From the IMG/VR virus record IMGVR_UViG_3300018080_000117, positions 72,433-136,432 of that record: a DNA stretch of 64,000 bases; one strand, given 5' to 3'. Position numbers and translations under genes: made by a program. The notes beneath the pieces were generated by a model. It was not told the DNA's origin. It did no database searches and saw only the letters and a list, made by a program, of their open reading frames with translations. Shown piece after piece: positions 1 to 8,643 of the stretch. Numbering within the stretch: position 1 is the stretch's first letter; each line of letters opens with the position of its first letter. This DNA comes from a virus.

Positions 1-35
1 GATCCGATCCATACCTTGTTTTTTGCAAACAATCC

Positions 36-65
36 TTGACTACTACCAATTCTCCATGCTAGTCT
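36..65 (+). promoter_or_regulatory. sigma70-like promoter
   Basis: TTGACT-N18-TAGTCT with TG extension upstream of the sigma factor gene; shares TTGACTACTA...TGCTAG with the promoter at 55564. Confidence 0.5.
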
Positions 66-121
66 CTTTCCCACTTTTGGGCAAGGTTTGTTTACAAAAA
101 ATTCATTTTCTAGGGGGCAGC

Positions 122-883
122 ATGCTTAGCATCAAAGAGCAGCAAAAGCTGGTGGAGGAGTGCTCGTACCTCGCAACAACCATCGCGGCAAAGTATTTCA
201 AACGTAAAAAGGGGAATAAGCAAGAGGATTTTCTAGACCTTCAGCAGGAGGGGTTTGTGGGATTGTGCCACGCTGCAAAGCTCTACAATCCGAAGAACAA
301 GGCTGGAGCTAAGTTTTCGACCTACGCGCAATACTGGGTCCACAAGTACGTCAGAAAGATGGCCATGAAGTCGATGAGCCCTTTGAAAATTTCCGAAGAG
401 GCAATGCACAAGAGAAAGCGACTAAACGAGATCGCAGACCGTACTTACACAAAAAGCGGTGTCTACCTCGATTCAGAAATGCCTGAAATGAATGATAACT
501 TATTGAAGCCCATTAGTTTGGATTTTCAGTACGAAAAATCTAAAGCTTCTTACGTCGTCAACGATTGTATCGAGCCCAGCCAAAGCAACTCCTTAACAAG
601 TTACTTCAATTGCTTTGGCGAAAGTGGGTTGATTAATCGTGTCGAGTACACGAAGATAAGAGAAGTAATGCCTCAGCTCAACCCCAAAGAGCACCGGGTT
701 CTAAACCATTACCTCAACGGTGTTGAAAAAACCGAGATTGCACGACGGTGCAAGGTTACCAAACAACGGGTATACTTCTTGTACAACTCCGCTGTGGAGC
801 ATTTGCAGGCAATAATAGGTAGCCAACAAAATGGATCTCAAATCGGCAATTCGCGCAAACAAACAGCTAACCAAACGATTTGA
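122..883 (+). CDS. phage RNA polymerase sigma-70 family factor
   Basis: Region 2 motif DLQQEGFVGL..AAKLYNP..GAKFSTYAQYWV; region 4 HTH EIARRCKVTKQRV; start set at ATG 122 after AGGGGG. Confidence 0.9.
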   Translation: MLSIKEQQKLVEECSYLATTIAAKYFKRKKGNKQEDFLDLQQEGFVGLCHAAKLYNPKNKAGAKFSTYAQYWVHKYVRKMAMKSMSPLKISEEAMHKRKRLNEIADRTYTKSGVYLDSEMPEMNDNLLKPISLDFQYEKSKASYVVNDCIEPSQSNSLTSYFNCFGESGLINRVEYTKIREVMPQLNPKEHRVLNHYLNGVEKTEIARRCKVTKQRVYFLYNSAVEHLQAIIGSQQNGSQIGNSRKQTANQTI

Positions 884-1583
884 ACGCTACCTAAAGGCCC
901 ACCCCGACGTACTAAAAAAAGTAAGCAAAAGGGTATCTACTCGCATCCGCAGACAAGCCTGCTTAGGATACGCCCCCAAAAGCTACGACCTACAAGACTG
1001 GGCAAAACAAAGAAACATCCAACAAAGTACCTTAGCTGCGTTGGGGCTGGTTACGGAAAACGGAAACTCATTTTTCAGAAATCGAATTATCATCCCGATC
1101 TTTTATGCGGGTTGGGTAATTGGGTTTGGAGGTAGGGCAGTAGACGAATCGGACATAAAATACATCAATTCCAAAAAGTCTGATCTGTTTGACAAAAAAT
1201 CCGTACTATTCAACTTACAAAATGCACGAGAATCAATTATTAGAACAAAAGCTGCAGTAATTGTAGAAGGGTATTTTGACTGCTTGAAGATGCATGAGAT
1301 TGGTATCACTAATTGTGTTGCCACGTGCGGAACTTCCTTCACGGCTGAACATGCTTCGATGCTTCAAAGGTATACCAACAAGGTCCTTATTGCGACGGAC
1401 GGAGACGGTGCGGGAAGAAAGGCTGCCAAAAAGATTGCTCGGTCGCTTGCTAATCTTGGAATACCTTCCGCCAAACTCCGTTTACCTGGGTTAGATCCCG
1501 AAGAATTTGTCAACGAGTACGGTCCTACAAAGATGCGCAAGTTAATAAAAGCTACTTGGAGACGAGATGGAAATTACCGCTGA
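831..1583 (+). CDS. dnaG: DNA primase catalytic core (no zinc-binding domain)
   Basis: FRNRIIIPI, GFGGRA, KYINS, VEGYFD and DGDGAG Toprim motifs. Confidence 0.92.
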   Translation: MDLKSAIRANKQLTKRFERYLKAHPDVLKKVSKRVSTRIRRQACLGYAPKSYDLQDWAKQRNIQQSTLAALGLVTENGNSFFRNRIIIPIFYAGWVIGFGGRAVDESDIKYINSKKSDLFDKKSVLFNLQNARESIIRTKAAVIVEGYFDCLKMHEIGITNCVATCGTSFTAEHASMLQRYTNKVLIATDGDGAGRKAAKKIARSLANLGIPSAKLRLPGLDPEEFVNEYGPTKMRKLIKATWRRDGNYR

Positions 1584-2016
1584 AGCACGTAAGGAGTTTG
1601 CACGAGCCCAACTAAGATTTCTAAGACAAAAAGGTGTCACTGATCAAGAACGGTTGAGTCGTATTTTCAAAGCAGCCGGACCAGGACAAATTAGAGAAGC
1701 GTGGAAATTGGCAAACTCCGAAACCTCTCAAGAGCGTATCGACCTTTTAGACGTAGTGTTGACGGGCGTTTGCGGATCTCAAAATTTTGGACGATCGAGA
1801 ATGGAATCTGTTTTGAAAGAATGCGGTATATACGTTCCAGAAGCACCAAACACGAACTGCTTTTTTCGTGTTCTCGATGGAGCACTTGAAATTTTAGTTC
1901 CTGGTTCGTACGAGTTTGAAGAAAAAGATTTGGAACAGATTAGAGGTGGAGGCCAACAAAGCAATGATGACATCGAAGCAACGCAAGCTGAAGAAAGCGA
2001 AGAAGATGATTATTGA
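1567..2016 (+). CDS. hypothetical protein with acidic C-terminus
   Basis: 149-aa ORF overlapping the end of dnaG. Confidence 0.7.
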   Translation: MEITAEARKEFARAQLRFLRQKGVTDQERLSRIFKAAGPGQIREAWKLANSETSQERIDLLDVVLTGVCGSQNFGRSRMESVLKECGIYVPEAPNTNCFFRVLDGALEILVPGSYEFEEKDLEQIRGGGQQSNDDIEATQAEESEEDDY

Positions 2017-2134
2017 GGAACTAAACCGAAGTTACCACAAATGGGCTTGCGAAAAAGACGATAAAGAAACAACTGTAACTTTGTCACGCCGAACCCACAC
2101 AACCGTGGTCCAGTACCTAGACGCACTAATCTAG
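2006..2134 (+). CDS. small hypothetical protein, C-terminus possibly altered by the IS insertion
   Basis: ATG overlaps the upstream gene end; stop lies at the GC-content shift. Confidence 0.45.
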   Translation: MIIEELNRSYHKWACEKDDKETTVTLSRRTHTTVVQYLDALI

Positions 2135-3707
2135 TCTCACCGAATGCTAAGCTGTGCTTTCGATGAAGACTAAGACCAAAAGCTTCGTTTGCGAGTTGCC
2201 TCTGGACCCCACAAGAGAGGATGAACGCAGACTGTTTGTTTGCTTCGAGGTCGCACGGCAAATCTACAACGCGTGTTTGGGTGAAGGACTGAGACGACTC
2301 CGGCTAATGCGTGAAAGCCGTGACTGGCAGCGGGCTCGGGCTCTGCCAAAAGGTCATGAAAGAAGCACATTGTTTCGATCTTGTACGATCCGCTTTGGAT
2401 TCCGAGAGTATGATCTGCACGCATACGCCAAGCAGTTCAATCGTGGCTGGCTCGGCCAGCATATCGACATCAACACAATCCAGAAGCTGGCAACCAGGGC
2501 GTATTGTTCTCTCAAGGAACACATGTTTGGCAAGCGAGGTCGACCTCGCTTCAAAGGCTATCGGGGCCTGCAGTCTGTGGAGGGCAAGACCAACGCGTCG
2601 GGAATTCGTTGGCGAGATGGTGTGGTTCATTGGAAAGGCTTGTCATTGCAAGCGTTGCTGGACCCGCAGGACAAAGCTGGTTGGCAGGCAGAAGCTCTGA
2701 GCCGCAGAACTAAGTACTGCCGCATTGTGCGGCGCCAGGTCCGAGGAAAGACCCGCTGGTACGTTCAACTGGTGCAAGTTGGACTGCCGCCCCCTAAGCA
2801 ACACGAGCGCACCAAGGCAGTCGTTGGTTTGGATGTCGGACCTAGCACCATCGCTGTGGTGGGCGAGCAAAGAGCCGTTCTGGAGCGTTTCTGTCCGTCG
2901 GTCGAGCAGCCCTGGCGCCAAACGCGTCGGATTCAAAGAGCCATGGACCGCTCGCGGCGGTCCACCAACCCGGACAACTACAACCCAGACGGCACCGTCA
3001 AACCCGGCCGCAAAAGATGGAATCGTTCCGAGCGGTACAAGAGGCTCGCAGCCCAGCGGGCAGAGAACGAACGCCGATTGGCCGCAGAGCGCAAGCGAGC
3101 CCATGGGGAACTTTCCAACCGCATTCTGGCGCTGGGCACGACGGTCAGAACTGAGAAGTTGAGCTACCGATCCTTCCAGAAGAACTTCGGCAGAAGCGTC
3201 AAGGTCCGTGGCCCTGGGATGCTTATCGACATGCTGCGCCGCAAGGCTGAGAGTGCTGGCGGCCAGCTCGAGGAGTTCCCAACGCAACCGACGAAGCTGT
3301 CTCAAGTTTGCCATGGGTGTGGCCAGACCAAGAAGAAGCCCTTGTCGCTTCGGACCCACGAATGCGAATGCGGAGTGGGTCCGGTGCAGAGGGACTTGTA
3401 CAGTGCGTTCCTGGCTTGCTTTGTAAGCCAGGCCAAGCTCAACGCCCGGCAGGCCCAAGAGGCCTACCCGGCTGCGGAACCGCTGCTGCGACGGGCGGCG
3501 TTGAGCTTCAATCAATCTGCGAGCAGAAGGGCTTCGGCTGCTTCTCGCGTCAACACAGACGTTAGAGCGGATCGTCCGTCGAAGGGGGTCAGGAAGGCAT
3601 CGAGGCCGCAGACGTCGTACCGGCGTGGTTCCCATGTCCGGGAGGGCTGCGGAGAGATGCGTTCTGTTTCCTCCAGAACCCCCGGGCTTTAGCCCTGGGG
3701 AGGTTCA
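2135..3707 (+). mobile_element. IS200/IS605-family tnpB-only (IS1341-like) element; left end approximate
   Basis: Abrupt GC-rich block; tnpB; right-end hairpin AGAACCCCCGGGCTTTAGCCCTGGGGAGGTTCA ending in TCA; no tnpA. Confidence 0.85.
2163..3692 (+). CDS. tnpB: RNA-guided endonuclease TnpB
   Basis: ARQIYNACL, GRPRFK, RuvC-I VGLDVG, RuvC-II RTEKL, Zn finger CHGC..CEC, RuvC-III QRDLYSA. Confidence 0.95.
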   Translation: MKTKTKSFVCELPLDPTREDERRLFVCFEVARQIYNACLGEGLRRLRLMRESRDWQRARALPKGHERSTLFRSCTIRFGFREYDLHAYAKQFNRGWLGQHIDINTIQKLATRAYCSLKEHMFGKRGRPRFKGYRGLQSVEGKTNASGIRWRDGVVHWKGLSLQALLDPQDKAGWQAEALSRRTKYCRIVRRQVRGKTRWYVQLVQVGLPPPKQHERTKAVVGLDVGPSTIAVVGEQRAVLERFCPSVEQPWRQTRRIQRAMDRSRRSTNPDNYNPDGTVKPGRKRWNRSERYKRLAAQRAENERRLAAERKRAHGELSNRILALGTTVRTEKLSYRSFQKNFGRSVKVRGPGMLIDMLRRKAESAGGQLEEFPTQPTKLSQVCHGCGQTKKKPLSLRTHECECGVGPVQRDLYSAFLACFVSQAKLNARQAQEAYPAAEPLLRRAALSFNQSASRRASAASRVNTDVRADRPSKGVRKASRPQTSYRRGSHVREGCGEMRSVSSRTPGL

Positions 3708-3711
3708 GTCC

Positions 3712-3763
3712 AGGGTCTCATGAGGGTAGGCCCTTAAGCCTTCGGGCAACCCTCCCTTCTTCC
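3712..3763 (+). ncRNA. putative pseudoknot RNA element, copy 1
   Basis: AGGGTCT/AGGCCCT stem; loop GAGGGT pairs with ACCCTC; internal GCC-TTCG-GGC hairpin; TTCTTCC tail. Confidence 0.55.
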
Positions 3764-3827
3764 TTTCTCGCTTCCTAAAAGCTAAGCAAATAGCCAAGGC
3801 ATAATCAACCAATCAAAGGAGATCATT

Positions 3828-4409
3828 ATGCGCTTGCTGCTTCGTTTTCTAAGTTGGTTGTCTTACGGCACAGGCCTTTGGCACTGGTGGAGTCGTTTCT
3901 ATCGCAGACATTTAGAAGGCAATGGAAAAAAATCGGTCACCTTGCCAGTCGCAGACACTTGGGAGAACCTTGAACAAATAATCGGTAAATTAGAATGGAC
4001 ACCTGATAAGTTTTGGCCGCACTTGTTTGACGTCTGCCAATCTGCTGAAGCGACTTGGTACAAGCATTTGCAAGGCCGCCCCGCAGGTGACTGTGATGAT
4101 CATGCATTTTTAGCCGCGTCGATTATCGAAAATAGCTTTAACCTTTCTACGAAAGCAACCTTTGTGGGGCTTCTTACCGTGCTTTATGGAATAAAAGGTC
4201 ATACTGTTTGTGTGTTTAAGTACATAGACAACAATGCTACGAGGTACGCACACCTTAGCAACTGGTACAACGGAAAGATACAAAAAGGATTCAACTGCTT
4301 AGAAAACGTAGTTACTGAAATATTGGATTGCAAAAACGAACAACTTGTTCGTTGGTCATTGACCCGAATAGAGCCTTTTACGCTAATCGAAAGCAAAACT
4401 AAGGTTTAG
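3828..4409 (+). CDS. transglutaminase-like cysteine protease family protein
   Basis: GDCDDHA followed by GHTVCVF; AAGGAG RBS. Confidence 0.65.
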   Translation: MRLLLRFLSWLSYGTGLWHWWSRFYRRHLEGNGKKSVTLPVADTWENLEQIIGKLEWTPDKFWPHLFDVCQSAEATWYKHLQGRPAGDCDDHAFLAASIIENSFNLSTKATFVGLLTVLYGIKGHTVCVFKYIDNNATRYAHLSNWYNGKIQKGFNCLENVVTEILDCKNEQLVRWSLTRIEPFTLIESKTKV

Positions 4410-4419
4410 TGAGGAATAC

Positions 4420-6765
4420 ATGGCTGTCATTACTTCTAACGCTTCCGGCAATTGGTCAGCAGGCGGTACGTGGGTAGGTGGTGTTGCTCCTGCGTCCGGT
4501 GACTCTGCGGTTATCGCTAACACTCACGTTGTAGACATTGACGGAAATATTACGGTGGGTCCTGCCAGTGGGCTCGATCCTAACCCAACTAGCGATTGTT
4601 CGGTGTACATCCAAACTGGTGGAACCCTTCGAGTTCCGCATACCGTAGCAGGTAACTACACCCTTACGCTTCGCGGTCCAATCTACGTAGCTACTGGCGG
4701 TACGTTTACGATCGGTACCGACAGCGATAATCCAATTCCTAGTAACCGAACTTTCGATATTCTCTTCGACGACATTACGGTCAACAATTGGATAGCAGGG
4801 TCGTTTAAGATCTACGGATACCCGTCTTACCACATGGCAGACGCCGATTCTTATCGTTCTAGAATTGACACAGACGCTGGAGCAGGTGCAGGAGCTACGC
4901 TAAGTTTGCCAGATAGTGTGGATTGGCAAAGTGGAGACACCGTATTGGTTGGCACAGGCGGCGACCCTGGCCATGCGATCACAGGTGTAGAAAAGGTTAC
5001 TCTTACTGGCAAGACAGACGCAAGCACCTTTACTGCCAACCTTGGGTCTAATCACTTTGGAGATGCAAATTACGGGGATGTACTAGTAAACATAACTAGA
5101 AACGTAAACATCGATATCGGTGGGGCTTACCAGTACCAATTTGCAAATCGGGATAGTACAGTTTCATTTGTTAGAGACGCAGAGTTTGACCTTAACTGGT
5201 GCTGCTTTAGCAACGGAGGAAGAAGCACAGAAGCTCTTTTTGAGTTTGGTCTGTTGAATGCTAGGTACGCTGCAGACAAGGTAAGCTTCAATCACGTATG
5301 TTTCGACACAATCCGATCGGCTACGGTACCTTGGATCAACATTGAGAACTGTGGGATCGATCCTGCGGACGGGTATCAATTTACAGATCTCGTTTTTTAC
5401 GACTCCTACATTTGTATTCGAGTACAAGACGGTACAGGCTGGAGGATAAACGGAATAACAAGCATTGATGCTAATAGCACACACCTAAATTCTATAAACA
5501 CAACCCTAGACTCAACAGGGATTGAAGAGGTTTTGAATGCTTGGTTTGTGTACGACGGTATTGTGTTCGATGACATCATGCCTAGTTTGGTGACTAACTT
5601 CAAAATCCATGGGGTTGACTATTTTGCTAATGTATCTTCAACCACTTCTAGTGACAACCAACGAAAGTCTAAATGGGATACTGGAGAAATTTTCGCTTTG
5701 CAAAATGTGGCAGGAACGTTGATAGGTACGGGGTCAGACAATCCTTTGAATTGGTTTTTCAAAGACGTTGAATGGAAATCTTGTCTTGGGCATTGTTTGA
5801 ATTACAACGCATGCTCCGGTACTTCGGTGTTTGAGTTTGTTGGTTGTTCTTTTGACGGCAACAATACTGGCAATAACAACGCTCGTGCAGCAATCGCAAT
5901 TAACCAAGCTCCTGGATCTTCGTTAATTTTTCGTTCGTGCAACTTCGGAACAACAACTCAAAATTATCGGTGGAACACCATATTCAACACACACCCACGA
6001 GGCGCTTTGTCTAGACTTCTTTTTTCTAATTGCGTAATCAAAGAACCTGCCAACTGGTCACCTACCACAACCTATGACTGGTACGGAGACGGCGACAGAG
6101 AAAGACTGTGGGCGCTTGGACTAAATTCTTACCAATCGCAATACGACAGAATGCAACTTGGAATTAACGGGTCATATGAATTGGTTGACTGCCAATTACT
6201 AAACGCAGCCGACGCCGATCAATGGAGCACTTTGTATCCGAACACCGATTCCGTAGCCTTTATACACGGCGGTGGGGAGATGCACAAAGTAAGTTCTGGA
6301 GAAGCCGCCGGTTATCAAGATGGAACTTATGCCCGAAAGTTTTTGCCGTTTAACCCAGGCATGCGAACTTATGCAACCTATGCGAGACCGTTGCTAATCC
6401 CACTAACGAGCGGGGAACAGATAACAGTAACCTTAGACTTCAAGAAAAATTTAGCAGTGCAATCTGATTTTCGCTTACCGAAACTGCACATGGAAGGCTG
6501 TGGTATCTCAACGCTAGACACTATGCAGGATATTCAAAACACCTGGGATACCCTTACAGTAACTGGAACTGCTAGCTACACAGACGTTGTTCGGGTTACG
6601 GTATCTTGTTGGGCCATGGTCGACGATTCATACATATTGAGCGCCGACAACCCAACAAGACAAGCTACTACGTCAACGGTAGGTGCTTACAACTATCCTT
6701 ACGACCCTGGGGATTCAGACAACCTAATTTTATACTGTGATAAGCTTACCGTAACGATTAGTTGA
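4420..6765 (+). CDS. G8-domain / beta-helix protein, probable virion surface or spike protein
   Basis: N-terminal SGNWS...TW.GG..P..GDSAVI G8-like start; repeated F..C.F beta-helix rungs; Gly/Thr/Asn-rich. Confidence 0.6.
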   Translation: MAVITSNASGNWSAGGTWVGGVAPASGDSAVIANTHVVDIDGNITVGPASGLDPNPTSDCSVYIQTGGTLRVPHTVAGNYTLTLRGPIYVATGGTFTIGTDSDNPIPSNRTFDILFDDITVNNWIAGSFKIYGYPSYHMADADSYRSRIDTDAGAGAGATLSLPDSVDWQSGDTVLVGTGGDPGHAITGVEKVTLTGKTDASTFTANLGSNHFGDANYGDVLVNITRNVNIDIGGAYQYQFANRDSTVSFVRDAEFDLNWCCFSNGGRSTEALFEFGLLNARYAADKVSFNHVCFDTIRSATVPWINIENCGIDPADGYQFTDLVFYDSYICIRVQDGTGWRINGITSIDANSTHLNSINTTLDSTGIEEVLNAWFVYDGIVFDDIMPSLVTNFKIHGVDYFANVSSTTSSDNQRKSKWDTGEIFALQNVAGTLIGTGSDNPLNWFFKDVEWKSCLGHCLNYNACSGTSVFEFVGCSFDGNNTGNNNARAAIAINQAPGSSLIFRSCNFGTTTQNYRWNTIFNTHPRGALSRLLFSNCVIKEPANWSPTTTYDWYGDGDRERLWALGLNSYQSQYDRMQLGINGSYELVDCQLLNAADADQWSTLYPNTDSVAFIHGGGEMHKVSSGEAAGYQDGTYARKFLPFNPGMRTYATYARPLLIPLTSGEQITVTLDFKKNLAVQSDFRLPKLHMEGCGISTLDTMQDIQNTWDTLTVTGTASYTDVVRVTVSCWAMVDDSYILSADNPTRQATTSTVGAYNYPYDPGDSDNLILYCDKLTVTIS

Positions 6766-6789
6766 CTTTTTCAAAAAGCACGGTACAAT
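6762..6789 (+). promoter_or_regulatory. sigma70-like promoter
   Basis: TTGACT-N16-TACAAT, with TTCAAAAA in the spacer. Confidence 0.65.
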
Positions 6790-6795
6790 TAATTT

Positions 6796-6889
6796 GCCTG
6801 CGGTCGATGTTCCCCCCCACATTGGTCCAGGCTTAGGCTGTGAGGGCCAGCCACAAGGTATCCGTAGGGTACCAGCCCTCAATTCTTCC
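6796..6889 (+). ncRNA. putative ~95-nt sRNA: C-rich-loop hairpin plus pseudoknot copy 2
   Basis: GCCTGCGGTCGATGT/ACATTGGTCCAGGC stem with TCCCCCCC loop; then GGCTG/CAGCC, TGAGGGC/GCCCTCA and GGTATCC/GGGTACC; has its own promoter and no ORF. Confidence 0.6.
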
Positions 6890-6890
6890 G

Positions 6891-6918
6891 TTGAAAATTC
6901 CAAAAAATCAGGTAGGTT
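6891..6918 (+). promoter_or_regulatory. possible promoter for the dehydrogenase operon
   Basis: TTGAAA-N16-TAGGTT with an A-tract spacer. Confidence 0.35.
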
Positions 6919-6952
6919 TTAAGCACACTCAAAAACTCTTGCGAGGACAGGC

Positions 6953-8182
6953 ATGCACTCAGTTTCGGTTGTTGGGTTAGGGTACGTAGGATTGCCTTTG
7001 GCTCTGGCGTTTGAGGCTGTAGGGTTGCGCGTTTGGGGGATTGATCACGATCTTGAAAAAGTACAAATGCTCAACCGCAAAAAATCTTACCTAACCACAG
7101 TCCACGACAACCGATTGCTTTTCGCTTCTGGGTTTCATGCCACAACTAAAAAAGCAGTAATTGCTGAATCCGCTGCGGTTATTGTTTGCGTTCCAACACC
7201 AATCGACGAAAACAACGAACCTAACCTTAGTTACCTTAAAGACACTTGCCAACAAATTGCCGAACACCTAAACGGACAGCTCGTGGTAATCGAATCAACA
7301 AGCTATCCCGGAACAACCGAAGAGATCGTCAAACCGATCTTAGACTCTTCAGGAAAGCATTACAGCTTAGCTTACTCTCCCGAAAGAGAAGACCCCGGCA
7401 ACCCTCATTACAACGTGTTCAACACGCCTAAGATCGTAGGAGCGGACGATAAGCTAAGCTTGGACCAGGCTATCGAACTTTACGAAAAGGTGTGCAAAAC
7501 CGTAGTTCCGGTAAGTTCCTGCAAAGTAGCGGAGATGGCCAAGTGCTTGGAAAACGTCTACAGAATGGTCAACATTAGCCTGGTCAACGAACTAAAGGTT
7601 TTTTGTGACTGCGAGGGGATAGACATTTGGGAAGTAATCGAAGCCGCTAAGTCAAAGCCCTTCGGCTTTCAAGCCTTCTATCCAGGCCCCGGTACTGGAG
7701 GGCACTGCCTGCTACCTGATTCGATGTACCTCGCAGCCAGGGCCAAGCAAATCGGTGCTAAGGTCAATTTCATCGAGCTGGCGGGACAAGTCAACAAGTC
7801 CATGACATGGTTTGTATTTAAAAAAGCTCGTCAGGCCCTCAAGGAAGTTTTGGACAAGGACCTAAAAGACTCAAAGGTTTTGGTAATTGGACTGGCATAC
7901 AAACCCAATATCAACGATACCCGCGAAAGTCCCGCATTCCCGCTTATCAAGGAACTAAAGTTTTTCGGGGCCGACGTGTGTTATCATGATCCATTTGTCC
8001 CCGTGTTCCCAAAAACCCGCAATTATGAGTTCGACCTTGCTTCGATCGACATTTGTGAGGACCACGGTATTGACTGCGCGATTTTAGTGACGGATCACGA
8101 CAATCTAAACTACTTAGAGATTTCTAAGTTTCCTGTCATTGTAGACACCCGCAACCGTATTCCTGCTGCCTTCAAAGCCTAA
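6953..8182 (+). CDS. nucleotide-sugar 6-dehydrogenase (UDP-GlcNAc dehydrogenase, WbpA/WecC-like)
   Basis: GLGYVGLP, VCVPTP, ESTSYPGTT, YSPERE, FYPGPGTGGHC, GLAYK..D.RESP. Confidence 0.93.
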   Translation: MHSVSVVGLGYVGLPLALAFEAVGLRVWGIDHDLEKVQMLNRKKSYLTTVHDNRLLFASGFHATTKKAVIAESAAVIVCVPTPIDENNEPNLSYLKDTCQQIAEHLNGQLVVIESTSYPGTTEEIVKPILDSSGKHYSLAYSPEREDPGNPHYNVFNTPKIVGADDKLSLDQAIELYEKVCKTVVPVSSCKVAEMAKCLENVYRMVNISLVNELKVFCDCEGIDIWEVIEAAKSKPFGFQAFYPGPGTGGHCLLPDSMYLAARAKQIGAKVNFIELAGQVNKSMTWFVFKKARQALKEVLDKDLKDSKVLVIGLAYKPNINDTRESPAFPLIKELKFFGADVCYHDPFVPVFPKTRNYEFDLASIDICEDHGIDCAILVTDHDNLNYLEISKFPVIVDTRNRIPAAFKA

Positions 8183-8202
8183 CCTTACAAGGAGAGGGGT
8201 TT

Positions 8203-8643
8203 ATGCTAGTTCATCCACACCTGCACAAGGCGATGGAAAGCCTAAGAACCTTTGCGGATAAGAAGCACCTCGACTTTGGCTGTATGGACTTAGGAACGGC
8301 GTACTCACACCTACGGGTCATGCGGTACAACACAATCGCAGAGATGATTCGAGAAGACCCCGATCTTTTCAGAAAGTGTGTGCGAGACGGAACCAAACCA
8401 ATCAAAACGCTTCGCAACACATTGTCTTCAACAAAGACAGACTTCATAGTGAACACTCTGCGAAAGAGACGGTGTACAAAGACAGAGCTTGCTGAACTTT
8501 TGCACGAAGAGTTCAACGATGGCCGCACCATCCGAGACCTTATTGGGTACGTCAATGAACGTTTCGTTGCGCTAAAAAAACGTGGAGTAAAAGTCATCAA
8601 AGTTGGTGCTAAGGGACGCAAAGGAGTTTACGAAATCAAATGA
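8203..8643 (+). CDS. hypothetical protein with C-terminal winged-helix-like domain
   Basis: C-terminus resembles that of 14248..15273. Confidence 0.6.
   Translation: MLVHPHLHKAMESLRTFADKKHLDFGCMDLGTAYSHLRVMRYNTIAEMIREDPDLFRKCVRDGTKPIKTLRNTLSSTKTDFIVNTLRKRRCTKTELAELLHEEFNDGRTIRDLIGYVNERFVALKKRGVKVIKVGAKGRKGVYEIK

Noticed and set aside
2643-3635. 330-aa antisense ORF and other overlapping ORFs in tnpB
   Set aside because: Expected in GC-rich DNA with few stops; no recognisable motifs
6796-6889. tRNA, hammerhead, HDV-like or pistol ribozyme
   Set aside because: No cloverleaf or TTC arm, no CUGANGA/GAAA core, no HDV P3/P1.1, and no pistol P2/P3 junction
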